DNA of 64,000 bases from an uncultured Flavobacteriales bacterium (lineage in GTDB: Bacteria > Bacteroidota > Bacteroidia > Flavobacteriales_D > Sanyastnellaceae): positions 3,773 to 67,772 of the forward strand of contig CAJQIB010000010.1 in the NCBI GenBank assembly GCA_905478325.1. Reading direction: 5' to 3'. Positions 51,518 to 60,568 of this stretch are shown one piece after another (within the stretch, counting starts at the first letter, position 1; every line of letters begins with the position of its first letter). A program made the translations under genes and the position numbers. The notes under the pieces are model-generated. The model worked only from the letters and a program-made list of their open reading frames with translations. It was not told where the DNA came from and ran no database searches.

Positions 51518-51964
51518 TTATGCCGCAGACAAACCCATCGAAGACTTGTCTTTCTTCACTCCAAGTTTACCGTAGACAGGTCCATCATATTCTTCTTGAT
51601 ACGCCAGACCCAAATTCAGCATGTAAAACACATTGAAGAAAACCACCAAAAAATAATCAAGGGTTGTTCGTTTTCCGAAAGATTGCGCCAATTCTATCAT
51701 GGTGCGCAATGCGAAATACACATTGTACCCTGGAATCAGAAACAACAAAGCGTGGGAGTCAGGACGGCCAATGATTCGCATGGCTACAACCACATTGTAT
51801 CCCGGGACAAATGCGGTCCAACCCGGCTGGTCACATTTCAAGAACAATCTCCAGTTCGCCCCCAAGGAGATTAGCGTAAAAAAAAGTGACATGAGAAGGA
51901 TCGCGCCACTCACTTCAAAACCGAAAATAGTAATTGCACTCATGGGATATTCTGTTGCGTTCAC
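51518..51964 (-). CDS. DUF5684-like small membrane protein
   Basis: Three or four hydrophobic segments with duplicated (F)VPGYNV / LIPGYNV motif. Start uncertain (GTG 51964 or ATG 51943). Confidence 0.6.
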   Translation of the reverse strand: MNATEYPMSAITIFGFEVSGAILLMSLFFTLISLGANWRLFLKCDQPGWTAFVPGYNVVVAMRIIGRPDSHALLFLIPGYNVYFALRTMIELAQSFGKRTTLDYFLVVFFNVFYMLNLGLAYQEEYDGPVYGKLGVKKDKSSMGLSAA

Positions 51965-52065
51965 TTTACTGACGAAGACTCATTGCAAAGGTTGCCTTCA
52001 ACAGCTTTAAGACGCACTCAGAATCAACAACTTATAAAATAAAAACTGTGGATGAATCTGTCTTT

Positions 52066-53241
52066 TTAATCTGACAAGCCACCGAAACGCTTGACCAAAC
52101 TGCCTGAAATTTTTTCTCCTTTCGGTGTCAATATGACAAGGCGCTCCACCACATTTCTCAATTCTCGGATGTTGCCCGTCCAATTGGCTTGTTCCAACTG
52201 CTTCATTGCATCGGTCGTAACCTCCATCTGAACTTTGCCATGCTGCTCGCAAATCCCCTGTAAAAAGTGGTGCACCAGCAACGGGATATCCGAACGACGT
52301 TCGTTCAGGGCAGGCACATGCATTAATATAACGGCCAATCGATGGAACAGGTCTTCTCGAAAACGACCTGCTTTTATTTCTGAACGCAGGTCCTTGTTCG
52401 TTGCTGCTATTACACGCACATCCACAGTGATTTCCTTTTCACCCCCCACTCGAACAATCTTATTCTCCTGCAATGCACGCAATACCTTGGCTTGAGCCGA
52501 AGCGCTCATGTCTCCAATTTCATCGAGAAATATCGTACCGCCTTCTGCCTGTTCAAACTTCCCTTTTCGTTGTTTGATTGCACTTGTGAATGCTCCTTTT
52601 TCATGCCCAAACAGTTCGCTTTCGATGAGCTCCGATGGAATGGCAGCACAATTCACCTCGACAAAAGACGCATCGTGTCGCAGGCTCAATTCATGCAGTT
52701 GCCGTGCGACCAGTTCTTTCCCTGTCCCGTTCCCCCCCGTAATCAATACCCGCGCATCCGTCGGTGCCACGGTGCAGATCATCTCCACGATTTCTCGAAT
52801 TCCATTGGACTTTCCGACAATCGCTGTCGAACGCTCCGTTTGGATTTTCCGATTCAATCGCTCCGTTTCCTTCACCAACTCACCTTGCTCCATCGCATGG
52901 CGAACGGTCAACAGAATTCGATTTAAATCCAACGGCTTTTGAATGAAGTCGTAGGCTCCTTTTTTCAGCGACTCCACGGCCGTTGGAACCGTTGCATGCC
53001 CACTGATCATAACCACACACGTTTTAATCTGCTTTTCAGAAAATGCATCCAGCACCTCCATCCCGTCCATTTCAGGCATTTTGATATCGCAAAAAACGGC
53101 ATCGTACGAAAACTTTGCTGCCAAGCGGACACCTTCCACTCCGTTTTCAGCTTCCTGTACTTGGTAGCCTTCGTATTCCAAAATTTCACGCAGGCTCGCC
53201 CGAATAGGCGCCTCGTCGTCGATGATTAGAATTTTTGCCAT
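52066..53241 (-). CDS. sigma-54-dependent response regulator (receiver + AAA+), no C-terminal HTH domain
   Basis: MAKILIIDDE...CDIKMPEMDG receiver; Walker A GGNGTGKE; GAFTSA loop; Walker B FLDEIGDM; NIRELRNVVER sensor II. Ends 24 aa later. Confidence 0.88.
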   Translation of the reverse strand: MAKILIIDDEAPIRASLREILEYEGYQVQEAENGVEGVRLAAKFSYDAVFCDIKMPEMDGMEVLDAFSEKQIKTCVVMISGHATVPTAVESLKKGAYDFIQKPLDLNRILLTVRHAMEQGELVKETERLNRKIQTERSTAIVGKSNGIREIVEMICTVAPTDARVLITGGNGTGKELVARQLHELSLRHDASFVEVNCAAIPSELIESELFGHEKGAFTSAIKQRKGKFEQAEGGTIFLDEIGDMSASAQAKVLRALQENKIVRVGGEKEITVDVRVIAATNKDLRSEIKAGRFREDLFHRLAVILMHVPALNERRSDIPLLVHHFLQGICEQHGKVQMEVTTDAMKQLEQANWTGNIRELRNVVERLVILTPKGEKISGSLVKRFGGLSD

Positions 53242-53287
53242 GTGTCAATTTCCTTGGTTGTTCTAAGCGTTTGAACACCACCCCCGA

Positions 53288-53303
53288 TGCAAAGATGCTG
53301 CCA
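53288..53303 (-). promoter_or_regulatory. sigma-54 type -24/-12 promoter (TGGCAGCATCTTTGCA)
   Basis: Minus strand reads TTTTTGGCAGCATCTTTGCATC. GG and GC have the consensus spacing of TGGCACG-N4-TTGCW. 46 nt separate the motif from the regulator ATG. Confidence 0.6.
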
Positions 53304-53328
53304 AAAATGAGCAACTCCATTTAACGTG

Positions 53329-54336
53329 CTAAAGATCTGTCGCCTCGCACAAGACACCCTCTCTGAGTGCATACGCCGAACGCTTGACCGATGTGTTCGC
53401 CGGCATCCAACTCAAAACATGCTGGATCAGCAAACTTGCCAAGGGCAACATGCGCGCTCTAGGCGGGGCCATACCAGGCATTAGCAAGCGACTCTGTAGA
53501 TCTGAGGTCATCAGCAAATCATGCAATCCATCGAGTTTTTTTCGGTCAATATCCTGCACGTGGGGATGTCCCTGCTTTGAGCAATCAGGAGCTGTATGAT
53601 CGGGTTCTGCGCCCCCATTGACCACGTCCAAAAATGTATCGAAGGATCCGCTGGACCCTACCAAAACAACCGGTTGGAATTTTTCCAAAGCCGCTTTCAA
53701 TGGCGCCAACGTGTACTCCAGGAAGGGCTGAAAACGATCCGCTCCAGCTTGTTCCATGGGATCTGCTGGTTTGCCGAAATCATCCAGTCGGGCCACACCA
53801 GCATCAAAGCTCATCTTCCACAGCACATCAGACCGTCCTGTAGTGCCTTTGTTTTCGGCCACGATGAATTCCAAACTCCCCCCTCCAATGTCCATGATCA
53901 CATGACGGTCGCGGATGCGCTCCGTTGTCAGCGCAACACCCTTGTGAATCCAATGGGCTTCTTCGTCTCCCGTGATCACCTCAATCTTCCATCCGGTCAT
54001 TTCTTCCGCTTTCGTGCAAAACGCTTCCACATTCGATGCATCGCGAAGCACACTGGTCGCAATCACACGCACTTCGTCTACGGAGTAATTCGTCGTCGCC
54101 TGACTCATGATGCGCAATGCATCAATGCCCTTGGCAAACCGATCGGGCAATATAGCCGCTTGCTTGAATCCACCTTGCCCAAGAAAGACCGCATGGCGCA
54201 TTAGAAACTGCTCTTCCCACCGGCCTTCAGAAGCGTCCACTATGAGCATGGAAAACGTATTGGAGCCGCAATCAACAACCGCTATTCGGCGGCCGACTTT
54301 GCTAGACATTGGATCCAATTCCATGCTTTGATCCAT
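53329..54336 (-). CDS. Ppx/GppA-family phosphatase (exopolyphosphatase-like)
   Basis: RIAVVDCGSNTFSMLIV ASKHA phosphate-1 motif and DIGGGSLEF phosphate-2 motif. Several in-frame ATGs, so the start is uncertain. Confidence 0.8.
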   Translation of the reverse strand: MDQSMELDPMSSKVGRRIAVVDCGSNTFSMLIVDASEGRWEEQFLMRHAVFLGQGGFKQAAILPDRFAKGIDALRIMSQATTNYSVDEVRVIATSVLRDASNVEAFCTKAEEMTGWKIEVITGDEEAHWIHKGVALTTERIRDRHVIMDIGGGSLEFIVAENKGTTGRSDVLWKMSFDAGVARLDDFGKPADPMEQAGADRFQPFLEYTLAPLKAALEKFQPVVLVGSSGSFDTFLDVVNGGAEPDHTAPDCSKQGHPHVQDIDRKKLDGLHDLLMTSDLQSRLLMPGMAPPRARMLPLASLLIQHVLSWMPANTSVKRSAYALREGVLCEATDL

Positions 54337-54363
54337 CGTGATCAATTCGTGGTTACAGCCGCA

Positions 54364-55683
54364 TCAATCCGCATGCCGAAACCATTTTATGAGTTCAACC
54401 CATGAAGGTCTCTTGCCATGCATGAGAATGCCCACGCGGTAAATGCGGCCCGCCATTCTCAGTAACAACCATGCTGTAACAGCCACCCCCAACCAAGAAA
54501 GAACCACCTCCCACCAGGCCACACCCAGCGGAATTCGGATTAACATCACGACAGGTGCTGTAAACGGAACAAATGAGGCAATAACAGCCAACGGCCCTTC
54601 CGGATTTTCAATGGCCACAACCGCCAAGAAATAAGAAGCCACGAGGGGCGCCATCGCTGGAATCAAAAAATATTGTGCGTCCGACTCTTGTTCAACCGCA
54701 GCTCCAATGGCAGCAAAACTTGCAGCGTACAAGGCAAACCCCGCCACGTAAAACACCGCAGTTGAAGCGATCATCAGGGGCCAGTTTACATCCAATAAAA
54801 AATTCAACTCCGCCTGTCCTGCAATCCATGATTCAAGATCCAACCCCACGAGGGCATCGGAAGATGATTTTAAAACGTCAGCATGCTCCAGCCACATTCC
54901 GCCCACCAGCGTTATGATCCAAACCAAGACCGATAAAACAATGAATTGGGTCAGGCCCACAAGACCGATTCCAATGACCTTTCCCGTCATCAAAACAGAG
55001 GGCTTGACCACGCTGATAACGACCTCGACAATCCGATTAATTTTTTCTTCGATCACACCCCGCATGACATGCATCCCGTAGACGAGAATTTGCACGAAGA
55101 GAAACAGGCTAAAAACGAAACCAACTAAACTTCTTCCAACGGCATGTCCGTCGCGCGTGACAATGTCTTGCCCGACGAGTGATACCTGCGTTTTCAATCG
55201 TTGGTAGGTCGAGAAATCCAAGTCCTGGGTTTCTTTGACCTTGAATCGTTCCAATGCCATGGACAGATCCGTTTTCAAATGAGCTTGCAAGTCAAATCCT
55301 GGTGTCTGTTCGTAGTAATACATGGCCTTATGATGCTGCAAAATGGCATCATCAAACACCACCATCACATCAAAGTCCGAGGCAATAAAGGCCTCATCTT
55401 CCATTCCTTCAGCTGCAAATCGATAGGTAAGAGATGCTCTGTCAGGAAAACAATCTGGACAAATGGGCACCCACGATTCAAAGCGTTCATCCCATTGACT
55501 GACCATGCCAGCAACATCGACGACAAGGACGCGGCTCTTTTGGTTATCGCCTTGTTCTAGCCACCAACCAATGGCCATGCTGCCCATGACCAATAGCGGC
55601 ACAGCCAGTGTGCCAAGAATGAATGCTTTTCGGCGAACACGCGTGATCCACTCACGATAAACGATGTGCCGCAATGCGCTCAT
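54364..55683 (-). CDS. ABC-2 type transporter permease
   Basis: 439 aa: N-terminal TM, large extracytoplasmic loop, then about 5 C-terminal TM segments. ATGA overlap with the ATPase gene. Confidence 0.8.
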   Translation of the reverse strand: MSALRHIVYREWITRVRRKAFILGTLAVPLLVMGSMAIGWWLEQGDNQKSRVLVVDVAGMVSQWDERFESWVPICPDCFPDRASLTYRFAAEGMEDEAFIASDFDVMVVFDDAILQHHKAMYYYEQTPGFDLQAHLKTDLSMALERFKVKETQDLDFSTYQRLKTQVSLVGQDIVTRDGHAVGRSLVGFVFSLFLFVQILVYGMHVMRGVIEEKINRIVEVVISVVKPSVLMTGKVIGIGLVGLTQFIVLSVLVWIITLVGGMWLEHADVLKSSSDALVGLDLESWIAGQAELNFLLDVNWPLMIASTAVFYVAGFALYAASFAAIGAAVEQESDAQYFLIPAMAPLVASYFLAVVAIENPEGPLAVIASFVPFTAPVVMLIRIPLGVAWWEVVLSWLGVAVTAWLLLRMAGRIYRVGILMHGKRPSWVELIKWFRHAD

Positions 55684-56636
55684 GATGGTATCGCATTGGA
55701 TTCACGGTTCTCAACCGTTTCAATGAATACATCGCGCATTGAAGGCTGCCACGGCGTGCATGCCACTACCTTCACCTCTCCTGAAATCCAATGCAACCAA
55801 GAGGCGATATCGCCTTCCGGTGACAGCCGCAACATCACCTCATGTTCTCCAACAGTGGATTCGGAATGAAGCACTTGAATCAATTCAGCGCTTGCTCCGA
55901 TGGCCACCGTAAACTCCATGATAGTCCCTAAAAACCGCAAAGTAAATCGACCGTCTCGCGCTTGCTCCCGTAAGGCGTGGACAGGACCGTCTAAAATGAC
56001 TTCTCCCCGATTGAGCAACGCCACCTCATCGCACAACTCCTCCACACTGCCCATGTCATGTGTGGACAACAATACGGTTGTGCCTTGTTTTTCTTTCAAT
56101 TCGATCACCGCATCCCGAACGCGTTGCGCATTGATGGGATCAAACCCACTGAACGGTTCATCCAAGATCAGCAACCGAGGTTCATGCAAAACAGCAATAA
56201 TGAACTGCACTTTTTGCGCCATTCCTTTGCTTAAGTCTGCAACTTCGCGGTTCCACCATCCCTCCACTTCCAACTTTTCAAACCACACCCGAAGGCGCTT
56301 TTCAGCTTCTTGGCGTTGCATCCCACGAAGCTGTGCGAAGTAGAGCGCCTGCTCGCCAACCCGCATGGATTTGTAAAGTCCACGCTCTTCCGGCAAGTAC
56401 CCAATCTGCGCGATGTGGGCTCGCGTGAGCGGCGTTCCAAAAAACGAAATGGATCCGGCGTCTGGGGCTGTAATGCCGGTGAGCATTCGAATGAGCGTGG
56501 TCTTGCCCGCTCCGTTCGGCCCAAGCAACCCAAATATTCCACCTTCGTTCACTTTAACATCGACTCCTTTCAAGGCTTGATGCGCTCGAAAAGACTTAAC
56601 GACTTGAGAAATGGCTAGGGCGGGAATACGTTCCAT
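55680..56636 (-). CDS. ABC transporter ATP-binding protein
   Basis: Walker A GPNGAGKTT, signature LSKGMAQK, Walker B LLILDEP, H-loop STHDM. Confidence 0.93.
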   Translation of the reverse strand: MERIPALAISQVVKSFRAHQALKGVDVKVNEGGIFGLLGPNGAGKTTLIRMLTGITAPDAGSISFFGTPLTRAHIAQIGYLPEERGLYKSMRVGEQALYFAQLRGMQRQEAEKRLRVWFEKLEVEGWWNREVADLSKGMAQKVQFIIAVLHEPRLLILDEPFSGFDPINAQRVRDAVIELKEKQGTTVLLSTHDMGSVEELCDEVALLNRGEVILDGPVHALREQARDGRFTLRFLGTIMEFTVAIGASAELIQVLHSESTVGEHEVMLRLSPEGDIASWLHWISGEVKVVACTPWQPSMRDVFIETVENRESNAIPS

Positions 56637-56657
56637 AGAGCTCTCTAAGATGAGACT

Positions 56658-57788
56658 TTAGGTGAACATATCGCGCACCTTATCAAAAAATCCTTTTTCC
56701 TGGTGGTCTGCATCCGGCGCAAAATTGGGTGATTCTCGGAGCTGCTCTAAAAGCGACTTCTCCGAGTCGCTCAACGTTTTCGGCGTCCAAACGTTGATAT
56801 TGATGAGCATGTCACCATTGCCGTAACTGTCCACCGAAGGCAACCCTTTGCCACGCAAACGAACGATGCGGCCGCTTTGCGTCCCCGCTTCAATTTTGAT
56901 TTTGGCCTTACCGTCCACGATTGGCACTTCTGCACTTGCGCCCAATGCCGCATCCGTGAAGGAGATGTACAAATCGTAATGAATATTCTTCCCATTGCGT
57001 TGCAGATGCTCGTGGGGTATGGCTTCAATCACCACCAACAAATCACCTGCGACGCCGCCCATTGGAGCGCCGTTTCCTTCTCCGCGCACATTGAGTTGCA
57101 TGCCGTCTTCAACACCCGATGGAATCTGAATGGTCACGACCGACTCCTTGCGGACCATTCCCCATTCGTCAGAGCCTTGGGGACGCTTGCGCACCGATTG
57201 ACCACTCCCTTGGCATTGTGGACATGTCGAGGCTGTCTGCATTTGACCCAAAATGGTGTTTTGAACCCGACGCACCTGGCCGCTTCCTCCACACGTTTGG
57301 CAGTCACTATATTCTGCCCCCTCCGCCTGCACTTGCTTGAGAACTTTTACTTTTTTCTCGACCCCTGTCGCAATCTCCTCCAACGTCATTTTGACCTTGA
57401 TCCGCAGATTCGAGCCCTTCATCCGACGACGACGTCCGCCGCCACCACCACCACCACCACCGCCGCCACCACCACCAAATCCACCGCCGAAAATATCACC
57501 GAACTGACTGAAGATGTCGTCCATGTCCATCCCGCCAAATCCGCCGCCACCGCCTGGCCCTCCTTTCAATCCCTCGTGCCCAAAACGATCATATTTCGCG
57601 CGTTTCTGGTCATCCTGAAGCACCTCATATGCCTCAGCCGCCTCTTTAAATTTTTCTTCTGCACTGCTGTCATCCGGGTTTTTATCCGGGTGGTGCTTCA
57701 AAGCCAACTTGCGGTAGGCCTTTTTAATATCCGATGCAGAGGCTTGACGGCCCACTCCCAACGTCTCATAGTAATCGCGCTTTGCCAT
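56658..57788 (-). CDS. dnaJ: molecular chaperone DnaJ
   Basis: J domain with HPD, long Gly run, four CxxCxGxG zinc-finger repeats. Confidence 0.97.
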   Translation of the reverse strand: MAKRDYYETLGVGRQASASDIKKAYRKLALKHHPDKNPDDSSAEEKFKEAAEAYEVLQDDQKRAKYDRFGHEGLKGGPGGGGGFGGMDMDDIFSQFGDIFGGGFGGGGGGGGGGGGGGRRRRMKGSNLRIKVKMTLEEIATGVEKKVKVLKQVQAEGAEYSDCQTCGGSGQVRRVQNTILGQMQTASTCPQCQGSGQSVRKRPQGSDEWGMVRKESVVTIQIPSGVEDGMQLNVRGEGNGAPMGGVAGDLLVVIEAIPHEHLQRNGKNIHYDLYISFTDAALGASAEVPIVDGKAKIKIEAGTQSGRIVRLRGKGLPSVDSYGNGDMLININVWTPKTLSDSEKSLLEQLRESPNFAPDADHQEKGFFDKVRDMFT

Positions 57789-57806
57789 CTGTCTCCTTTC
57801 TTCTGG

Positions 57807-58394
57807 TTATTCTCCAACGACCACTTTCGCATACCGGATGACCGCGTCATTCAGCAAGTAACCCGATTCAACCACATCCACCACCTTTCCTGACAGTTCA
57901 GGGGAAGGAATCCGGGTAATCGCTTCATGAAAATCAACATCAAAAACATCCCCTGTTTCCACCGCCATGGCTTTTACACCCTGCGCTTCCATCAATTGCT
58001 TGAATTTAGTATGGATCAAATGCTGGCCTTCCTTCAATGCCACAGGATCTTCCAATTCCAACGAGGCTGCTTCTGCTCGGGAAAAATCATCCAAAACAGG
58101 TAGCATTTTCTCGATGGAGTCGCGGGACGCAGTACGAATTAACTCAACGCGCTCACGCATGGTCCGTTTGCGATAATTGTCAAATTCAGCATACAGCCGT
58201 AAATACCGATCCTGCCAATCCGTCTGCTCCTCTGTTTGAGAAGAACCTGCTGATTCGTCAGTCTCGCTCGTCGATGACGCCGACTCCGAAGAGCTCTCAT
58301 TCCCTTCATTCCCTTCATTCCCTTCAGAAGCAGCGGATGATGCTGTCTCAGTTGCCTCTTCCTCTGCAGAGGCGTTTTTCGGTTCTAAGTCCAT
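57807..58394 (-). CDS. grpE: nucleotide exchange factor GrpE
   Basis: Acidic N-terminus, YLRLYAEFDNYRKR motif, C-terminal beta domain; immediately upstream of dnaJ. Confidence 0.95.
   Translation of the reverse strand: MDLEPKNASAEEEATETASSAASEGNEGNEGNESSSESASSTSETDESAGSSQTEEQTDWQDRYLRLYAEFDNYRKRTMRERVELIRTASRDSIEKMLPVLDDFSRAEAASLELEDPVALKEGQHLIHTKFKQLMEAQGVKAMAVETGDVFDVDFHEAITRIPSPELSGKVVDVVESGYLLNDAVIRYAKVVVGE
58298..58324 (-). repeat. perfect 3 x 9-bp in-frame tandem repeat inside grpE (encodes NEG x3)
   Basis: Plus strand reads cattccctt cattccctt cattccctt. Confidence 0.9.
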
Positions 58395-58470
58395 ATTCCT
58401 TGATTTGCAGATTGCATCTCAAATCCAGTGCCACAAGCAAGATGCGGACAACCTGTCAGTCTTGTTCGGG

Positions 58471-59061
58471 TTAGAGTCGGGCTACGTGTCGGTCAATTTG
58501 TCTGTGCAGCTCCATGCCACGCAAGTTCTTTCCAATGATGATACCATTCTCATCCACCAAAATGCTCATGGGAATGGAGCTGACGCCATATACCGCCGCC
58601 GCCTCGCTGTTCCAGCGTTTTAAATCCGATACATGGTTTTTCCACACCAGACCGTCGGCAGCAATCGCCGCTTTCCAGCGTGCCACATCACTATCCAATG
58701 AGACGCTAAACACGTCAAACCCTTCGGCCGACTTGAACTTTGCTTTCTTGTACTTATTGTAAGCGCTAACGACATTGGGATTCTCTCTCCGGCAAGGACC
58801 ACACCACGATGCCCAAAAATCAATCAGCACTAAATTTCCACGCAACTCACTCAGCTTCATAACCTTACCCTTGGGGTTGTTGAGCGCAATTTCAGGCGCT
58901 GTGTCACCAATTCGCGTTCCGACTCGACCGCTGGGAATCACTGTTTGCTCTGTTATTTCAGAGGCTGCGATGCGCGAAGGAGCCACTGCCCCCTGGTCGT
59001 TACTGATCAAAACACCTGCAGCAATGAAGACTGCACCCACTCCTATTTTCCATGTCAACAT
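58471..59061 (-). CDS. TlpA-family thiol:disulfide oxidoreductase (membrane-anchored)
   Basis: N-terminal anchor, IDFWASWCGPCRRENP active site; paralog of the C-terminal domain of 4268-5512. Confidence 0.88.
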   Translation of the reverse strand: MLTWKIGVGAVFIAAGVLISNDQGAVAPSRIAASEITEQTVIPSGRVGTRIGDTAPEIALNNPKGKVMKLSELRGNLVLIDFWASWCGPCRRENPNVVSAYNKYKKAKFKSAEGFDVFSVSLDSDVARWKAAIAADGLVWKNHVSDLKRWNSEAAAVYGVSSIPMSILVDENGIIIGKNLRGMELHRQIDRHVARL

Positions 59062-59078
59062 GGATGCAATTTACAACT

Positions 59079-60389
59079 TCATTCTACCCTTTCAATGCTT
59101 GCTCCTAAAGCTTTCAGTCTGCCTTCAATGTCTTGGTAACCTCGGTCAATCTGGCCGATGTTGTGAATTGTAGATTCTCCTTCGGCAGATAACGCCGCAA
59201 TGAGCAATGACACCCCTGCTCGAATATCAGGGGACGTCATGGTCACACCTCGCAATGGACTCTTGTGATCCATCCCGATTACGGTAGCCCGGTGCGGGTC
59301 ACACAAAATGATTTGAGCCCCCATATCAATCAGCTTGTCCGTAAAGAACAAGCGGCTCTCAAACATTTTCTGGTGAATCAGAACGCTGCCACGAGCTTGG
59401 GTGGCCGTCACCAATATGATTGACAATAAATCCGGAGTGAACCCCGGCCAAGGAGCATCTGCTACCGTCAAGATTGACCCATCGATGAACGTGTCTATTT
59501 CATACCTGTCTTGGGCCGGCACGAACAAGTCTTCACCCCGCCTTTCTAAAGCAATGCCCATGCGCTTGAAAACACGCGGAATCATTCCCAGCTCATCGTA
59601 CGCGACATCCTTGATGGTGAGACTGCTGCGCGTCATGGCCGCGAGACCGATAAAACTTCCAATCTCAATCATGTCAGGAAGGCACCGATGCTCGGTTCCT
59701 CCAAGCTCTTCGACTCCTTCTATAATGAGCAAATTCGACCCAATACCACTGATCTCACCTCCCATCCGGTTGATCATCTTGCAGAGCTGCTGCAAATACG
59801 GTTCACACGCGGCATTGTAGATCGTGGTCCTACCCTTTGCCATGCAAGCGGCCATGACGATGTTGGCTGTACCGGTGACAGATGCCTCGTCGAGCAACAT
59901 GTCCGTACCGATCAAACCGTCGCCTGCGGAAGCGTCGAAAAAGCCGCTTTTCGCATCGTACGTGAACGTGGCCCCTAAAGCTTCGAAACCAATGAAATGG
60001 GTATCCATGCGGCGGCGACCAATTTTGTCGCCTCCAGGCTTTGGAATCGCACCTTGACCAAATCGAGCAAGCAATGGACCAAGTACCATCGTGGAGCCGC
60101 GCAATGAGCCCCCTTTCTCACTAAACTCCTTTGTCTTGAAATAATCCAAGTTGACATCATCCGCTTGAAAACGATAGGCTCCCTGGCCCTGTTTTTGGGT
60201 TTTCACGCCCATGCTCGAAAGCAAGTCAATCAATTTATTGACATCAACGATATCTGGCAAGTTGGTGATATTAACAGGCTCAGCAGTCAGCAAAACCGCG
60301 CATAAAATTTGCAGCGCTTCATTCTTCGCTCCCTGCGGAATGACCTCTCCGGACAACTTTTTTCCTCCTTGAATAATAAAACTGGACAT
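59079..60389 (-). CDS. murA: UDP-N-acetylglucosamine 1-carboxyvinyltransferase
   Basis: MSSFIIQGGKKLSGEV...GAKNEALQIL N-terminus, 436 aa. Confidence 0.97.
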   Translation of the reverse strand: MSSFIIQGGKKLSGEVIPQGAKNEALQILCAVLLTAEPVNITNLPDIVDVNKLIDLLSSMGVKTQKQGQGAYRFQADDVNLDYFKTKEFSEKGGSLRGSTMVLGPLLARFGQGAIPKPGGDKIGRRRMDTHFIGFEALGATFTYDAKSGFFDASAGDGLIGTDMLLDEASVTGTANIVMAACMAKGRTTIYNAACEPYLQQLCKMINRMGGEISGIGSNLLIIEGVEELGGTEHRCLPDMIEIGSFIGLAAMTRSSLTIKDVAYDELGMIPRVFKRMGIALERRGEDLFVPAQDRYEIDTFIDGSILTVADAPWPGFTPDLLSIILVTATQARGSVLIHQKMFESRLFFTDKLIDMGAQIILCDPHRATVIGMDHKSPLRGVTMTSPDIRAGVSLLIAALSAEGESTIHNIGQIDRGYQDIEGRLKALGASIERVE

Positions 60390-60568
60390 GGCAGGGCTCT
60401 TCTCGTGTGTTTGTTCTCCGACTTTGCGTTTCGAGGCAAAGCATGCTTTCCTTCAAGATCATTCCTTCAAGGAAACAGCAGTCCTTCGAAATAACGTCAT
60501 GACAAAGCACGAAAATTAGCTTTCAGCAAAACTTTTCGACAGGAGGCACCGGACAATACCCGAGAAAA

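Noticed and set aside
51983-51998. GGCAACCTTTGCA (minus strand) upstream of the DUF5684 gene, which resembles a -24/-12 promoter
   Set aside because: The GG-to-GC spacing is 2 nt too short for sigma-54 recognition.
52492-52942. Two overlapping 144-aa ORFs antisense to the sigma-54 activator gene
   Set aside because: They are shadow frames. I also checked them as a possible displaced HTH domain, and neither resembles one.
56877-57893. 338-aa ORF antisense to dnaJ/grpE
   Set aside because: It spans the dnaJ-grpE junction and contains a poly-Thr/Ala run that is simply the reverse complement of the DnaJ Gly tract. It is not credible.
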